This document shows, in pieces, positions 59,608-64,000 of a stretch of 64,000 nucleotides of DNA. A program made the position numbers and the translations under genes. How positions within the stretch are numbered: the first letter of the stretch is position 1; each line of letters opens with the position of its first letter. The stretch covers positions 3,727 to 67,726 of the forward strand of contig JABIKU010000016.1 in NCBI GenBank assembly GCA_018654845.1, written 5' to 3'. Origin of the DNA: Methanobacteriota archaeon. GTDB lineage: Archaea > Thermoplasmatota > Poseidoniia > Poseidoniales > Thalassarchaeaceae. The notes under the pieces are model-generated. The model did not search any database. It was given only the letters and a program-made list of their open reading frames with translations, and was not told the origin of the DNA.

Positions 59608-61133
59608 CCCTCAAAAACATTGCAGAGTGAGCCATCTAAAATTTTTGATGCCAGATTTTCTGTGTCTATAGAAAATGACCTGTCACCCTCAAGAGGTCGA
59701 ACAATTTCTCTTATCCAAGAATGAATTAACGTTACAGAATCCGAAGAAGTTTCAGAAATATTATCTAATGCTACACTTGAACAAATAAATTCATTTGCTA
59801 ATATTAATGATAAAAATTTTGTTTGTTTAAACAAGCGATACGCCCCTGTAGCACCCATGGACACATGATCTTCCTTACCCAGACTTACTGGAATATTTGT
59901 TGTTGTTACTGAATTAGCGAGAAGATTCATCTCCGCTAGTACCGCTGCAGAAACATATTGTAATATCATTAATCCACTTTCAAGACCCTCATTTTGTGCT
60001 AGAAATGCATTTTGTTCAGACCAATTAGGATCTAGGATTTGATTTGTTCGTCGTTCAGAAATACTACCGATCTCATGACAATTAATTGCTAAAGTATCAC
60101 TGATAATAGCTAGAGATTGTCCATGAAAATTTCCTCCGCTAATTACATCAAAGCTCGAATCTTCTACAAATATCAAAGGATTATCTGTGGCAGAATTAAT
60201 TTCAATTTCTAAAATTCTTCTTGATTCTTTTATTGCATCAATCATTGGCCCATGTACTTGGGAAGCACATCTAAACGAATATGAATCCTGTACTCTATCG
60301 CAATTTTCATGAGATTCCATAATTCCTGAATTTTGTAAAAATTCTGAAATACGTGCGGCTGAAATAGATTGACCAATTTGTGGCCTTGCTTTATGGATTC
60401 TTTCATCAAAAGGAGAAATTGAACCTTTAATACTCTCAATTGAACAGGCAACAGATACATCAGCAGAAAATATTAATTTTTCACAATTCAGTATTGATTC
60501 TGTTAAATATGCGCACATTTGGCTGGTTCCGTTGATTAATGACAAACCCTCTTTTGCCTCCAATACCGTTGGTTGCAAACCTGCTGCAGCAAGTGCTTCT
60601 TTAGCATTGGTAATGACCCAATTTCCTTCCGAAGATTGGACATTTGCCCTCCCCTCTCCAATTATTCCTAAAGCCATATGTGATAATGGAGCTAAATCTC
60701 CAGAAGCTCCTAGAGAACCGATACGCGGTACCTCTGGTGCGATTCTATTGTTAATCATTTCAATAATTAATTGCACTAATTCTACCCGCGCTCCTGAGAA
60801 TCCTTTGGCAATAGAATTGACTCTGATCAACATCATCATTAACACATGTTCAGGGTCCATTCTTTCTCCAACTGCACAGGCATGTGAACGAATTAGGTTT
60901 TGTTGCAATTCTTTCAAATTTGTTTTATCAATCGTTTTTGATGAGAGTGCACCAAAACCCGTATTTATTCCATAAACAATTTCCTCAGAATCTAATATTT
61001 CCTCAACTACATTGAAGGATTTCTTCATATTAACACGGGCACTTTTGGATAGTTTGATAGTTATACCAGGATTCTTAAGTGAAGAAATTTGTTCTAAAGT
61101 TAAAGAGTTTCCATCGATAATTATTGTTTTCAA
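59604..61133 (-). CDS. hutH: Histidine ammonia-lyase
   Basis: YGINTGFG, LIRSH, GASGDLAPL (MIO), QDSYSFRC, GGNFHG, EDHVSMG. Confidence 0.95.
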   Translation of the reverse strand: MKTIIIDGNSLTLEQISSLKNPGITIKLSKSARVNMKKSFNVVEEILDSEEIVYGINTGFGALSSKTIDKTNLKELQQNLIRSHACAVGERMDPEHVLMMMLIRVNSIAKGFSGARVELVQLIIEMINNRIAPEVPRIGSLGASGDLAPLSHMALGIIGEGRANVQSSEGNWVITNAKEALAAAGLQPTVLEAKEGLSLINGTSQMCAYLTESILNCEKLIFSADVSVACSIESIKGSISPFDERIHKARPQIGQSISAARISEFLQNSGIMESHENCDRVQDSYSFRCASQVHGPMIDAIKESRRILEIEINSATDNPLIFVEDSSFDVISGGNFHGQSLAIISDTLAINCHEIGSISERRTNQILDPNWSEQNAFLAQNEGLESGLMILQYVSAAVLAEMNLLANSVTTTNIPVSLGKEDHVSMGATGAYRLFKQTKFLSLILANEFICSSVALDNISETSSDSVTLIHSWIREIVRPLEGDRSFSIDTENLASKILDGSLCNVFEG

Positions 61134-63175
61134 TGTAATTCCCCCCGTTGTTCTGAAAATGTCTTATTGAGTAAATCTTTTGAAACCTCGGAAGCAAGAG
61201 TCACTTGCAAATTCCCATCATTATTCATTGCTCGTCTAATAGTAAATTTGGCTTCAGAGTTTTGAGCCCATGCTCTCCTCGCAACCCCATTATTTACATC
61301 CCAGGATAGCATTGAGTTAAGATTGGAAGTTGATTGTTCAGTTCCATCTAATAACAAACCAAATCCTCCATTGGAAACTTCTCCCCAACCAACACCACCT
61401 CCGTTGTGTAAACTAACCCACGTAGCTCCTCTAAATGAGTCCCCTATGAAATTTTGAACAGACATATCTGCTGTAAACATTGAACCATCTCTAATATTAG
61501 CAGTTTCTCGATATGGGCTATCTGTGCCACTAACGTCGTGGTGATCCCTACCTAATACGATTGGTGCGGATATTGTTCCATCTGATATAGCTTGATTAAA
61601 CGCATTACCAATTTCTCTTCTTCCGATTTCATCAACATACAGAATTCGAGCTTTACTTCCCACTACTAATTCATTGTATTTGGCTAATTCAATCCATTGT
61701 AAGTTATCTGAGTATTGCATAGACAATTCATCAGGAGAGTTTTTTACTAATTTTTGTAAAATACTTATCGCAATTTTATCAGAATTTTCTAAGTCTGAAT
61801 CTAATCCTGAAGTACATACCCATCTAAAAGGACCAAATCCATAATCAAAACAAATTGGTCCCATGATATCTTCTACATAGGATGGGTATTTGTAGCCTGA
61901 AAGAGTATTATCATCGAAAATATCTGCACCAGATTTGCCGGATTCTAATAAAAATGCATTTCCATAATCCCAAAATTTCATTCCTTTATTTACTAATTTA
62001 TTGATGATATTAGTATGGCGGACAAGAGAGGATTTGACTAAATTTTTAAATTTATCAGGAGATTCTTTAATCATGAGATTGGCGCTTGAAAAAGATAATC
62101 CTACAGGGTAATATCCTCCTAACCACGGATTATGTAGGCTGGTTTGATCAGAACCTAATTCTGGGATGATATTTACCTTGTCGAGTTTTTCGAGTAAATC
62201 AACAATGTTTCCTACATACCCTAAGGAAATCGCCTCATTATTTTGAATGGCGATTTTAGTACGTGCCATTAATTCATCTAAGTCCTGAAAATATTCAGAT
62301 AACCAACCCTGTTCGTGCCGTTTTATCACAGCTCGCTCATTAATTTCTGCAATTATAGATACTACGCCCGCAATTACCCCCGCTTTAGCCTGAGCACCTG
62401 ACATTCCCCCTAAGCCGGAGGTTACGTAGAGAAGTCCTCCCATATCCTTCTGTGAAGATACGCTAAGGTATTTCCTTGCTGCATTAAGTATCGTAATAGT
62501 TGTGCCATGAACAATGCCTTGAGGTCCTATGTACATATACGAACCAGCAGTCATTTGACCGTATTGAGATACACCTAATGCATTCATAATTTCATAGTTT
62601 TCTTGGCTCGAGTAATTTGGAATGACCATTCCATTGGTAATCACTGCTCTAGGAGCATTTTTAGAAGAAGGGAATAGTCCTAAAGGATGACCAGAGTACA
62701 TAACAAGTGTCTGTTTATCATTCATATTTGACAAATAAGACATTGTCAATCTATATTGAATCCAGTTTTGAAATACTGAACCATTACCTCCGTATGTTAT
62801 TAATTCATGAGGGTATTGAGCAACTTTAGGATCTAAATTATTTTGAATCATTAACATCATACTTGCTGCTTGTAAATTCTGTGCACCATATTCTTCGATT
62901 GGTCTAGCATACATTTCATAATTAGGCCTAAAACGATACATGTATATGTGCCCATAATTAAGTAATTCTTGAGTGAATTCATCAGCTAATTCTTTGTGCC
63001 ATTTCTCTGGGAAATACCTTAGGGCATTTGCAACTGCCTGTTTTTTTTGCTTTAAATCTAAAACCTGAGGGCGAGCAGGGGCATGATCAACACCAGAATC
63101 GGTGATAGGTTGAGGGGGCAATTCGGGAGGAATACCGATCATTAAATCATCAATGAAATCAATCAATAAAATCAC
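61130..63175 (-). CDS. hutU: Urocanate hydratase (long form)
   Basis: YGQMTAGS, GPQGIVHGT, GLGGMSGAQ, DQTSLHN, GRDHHD, HNGGGVG. Confidence 0.96.
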   Translation of the reverse strand: MILLIDFIDDLMIGIPPELPPQPITDSGVDHAPARPQVLDLKQKKQAVANALRYFPEKWHKELADEFTQELLNYGHIYMYRFRPNYEMYARPIEEYGAQNLQAASMMLMIQNNLDPKVAQYPHELITYGGNGSVFQNWIQYRLTMSYLSNMNDKQTLVMYSGHPLGLFPSSKNAPRAVITNGMVIPNYSSQENYEIMNALGVSQYGQMTAGSYMYIGPQGIVHGTTITILNAARKYLSVSSQKDMGGLLYVTSGLGGMSGAQAKAGVIAGVVSIIAEINERAVIKRHEQGWLSEYFQDLDELMARTKIAIQNNEAISLGYVGNIVDLLEKLDKVNIIPELGSDQTSLHNPWLGGYYPVGLSFSSANLMIKESPDKFKNLVKSSLVRHTNIINKLVNKGMKFWDYGNAFLLESGKSGADIFDDNTLSGYKYPSYVEDIMGPICFDYGFGPFRWVCTSGLDSDLENSDKIAISILQKLVKNSPDELSMQYSDNLQWIELAKYNELVVGSKARILYVDEIGRREIGNAFNQAISDGTISAPIVLGRDHHDVSGTDSPYRETANIRDGSMFTADMSVQNFIGDSFRGATWVSLHNGGGVGWGEVSNGGFGLLLDGTEQSTSNLNSMLSWDVNNGVARRAWAQNSEAKFTIRRAMNNDGNLQVTLASEVSKDLLNKTFSEQRGELH

Positions 63176-63789
63176 TCCAATTTATTTTTCATAATGTCCC
63201 TTACATTACCAATAATCTGTTCTGCTGATTTGATAATTAATTCAGTTTCAGTAGAGTAATGATTCTTTTCGGATTCAATTAACCCACCAATATTTATTTC
63301 TACATTCAAAATTGCCAATCTTATTGAAGCATAACATATTTCAGCAGCACCAGCAGCATCAGTAATTGCATTTTGATTACAAACAGATAATAATTTAGGG
63401 ATAATTTTCAATAGTTCTAGAGATTGTTCCGCGGTTTCAAATGGGATATTAGTGGCTTTGAGTGTAGCATTTGTAATGGTGTCTTTTCTCGTTAAAATTT
63501 CTTTTTCAGAATTTTTTGGTAAACGATAAGCTTCCATCAATTGTTCAAATGCATTAGAATCGTTTTTTGCTAACTCCAAAGAACGATTTAAATTTGAACC
63601 ATGGTTAGAAATAATCTGATTAGAAATCTCCTGTCCAGATAACCATTTTTCCCTCCCTATAGTTAGATTGGCGACCATTGATGTTAACGAATAAGCATGA
63701 GCCAAACAAAGTGCTGCAACAGCTCCCCCACCTGGAGTTGGTGATTTAGAAGAAATATCATTTAAGATTGAGGTGTAACCTTCATTCAT
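63172..63789 (-). CDS. Formiminotetrahydrofolate cyclodeaminase / cyclohydrolase domain protein
   Basis: PTPGGGAVAAL, MVANLT, D..AF, NVEIN; start set at MNEG. Confidence 0.88.
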   Translation of the reverse strand: MNEGYTSILNDISSKSPTPGGGAVAALCLAHAYSLTSMVANLTIGREKWLSGQEISNQIISNHGSNLNRSLELAKNDSNAFEQLMEAYRLPKNSEKEILTRKDTITNATLKATNIPFETAEQSLELLKIIPKLLSVCNQNAITDAAGAAEICYASIRLAILNVEINIGGLIESEKNHYSTETELIIKSAEQIIGNVRDIMKNKLE

Positions 63790-64000
63790 TTTGTTCAACC
63801 TCATTACGAATAGCCCACTCGATTATATTTTTATTTTTATTAAATGGTGATAAATAATCCAATCCAAGGCCAGTTATAGCGGAATCCACCAATTCCATTT
63901 CTGAAGCATGTTCTGGATTTGAGTGATACCATTTACCACTTTCAACAATTGCAGACAGGGGTATTAGCCCTACTAATTCCGAACCTAATGTTGAGGTGCC
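63782..64000 (-). CDS. Glutamate formiminotransferase, 3' part (runs off the window)
   Basis: Manual translation GTSTLGSELVGLIPLSAIVE...LGLDYLSPFNKNKNIIEW; upstream of cyclodeaminase and hutU. Confidence 0.82.
   Translation of the reverse strand, partial: GTSTLGSELVGLIPLSAIVESGKWYHSNPEHASEMELVDSAITGLGLDYLSPFNKNKNIIEWAIRNEVEQNE

Noticed and set aside
1..64000. CRISPR array, transposases and the many 60-150 aa antisense ORFs in the track
   Set aside because: No regularly spaced repeats or transposase motifs; the short ORFs are shadows of well-supported genes.

Overview
AT-rich, very gene-dense archaeal chromosome segment, most consistent with a Marine Group II euryarchaeote (Ca. Poseidoniales, Thermoplasmatota). 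This assignment is inferred from the gene mix. Archaeal information-processing genes (psmB, aCPSF1/FttA, ZPR1, SepF, EndA, S19e/L39e/L31e/S17e, Kae1, archaeal SRP RNA, geranylgeranyl reductase) sit among bacterial-type metabolic genes (thyA, plsC-like, pntAAB, type-2 pyrD, folE, hut genes) and secreted peptidases. It is core genome: I see no integrase, transposase, prophage or CRISPR array. The ORF track misses tRNA-Pro(TGG), tRNA-Val(GAC), SRP RNA, rpl39e, a 53-aa ribbon-helix-helix protein, a 50-aa zinc-ribbon microprotein and a partial formiminotransferase. Best leads: (1) a degenerate TatC paralogue fused to an HdrA-N-terminal-like Cys domain, coupled to a secreted CxCH-motif protein; (2) an RHH gene with a palindromic operator beside its TATA box, heading a folE-queE-queC-msrB-queD operon whose QueC has lost all four zinc cysteines; (3) a CG-rich Z-DNA-prone palindrome, 5' hairpin and coupled uORF in front of topA. 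All family calls come from motif recognition by eye; no searches were run.
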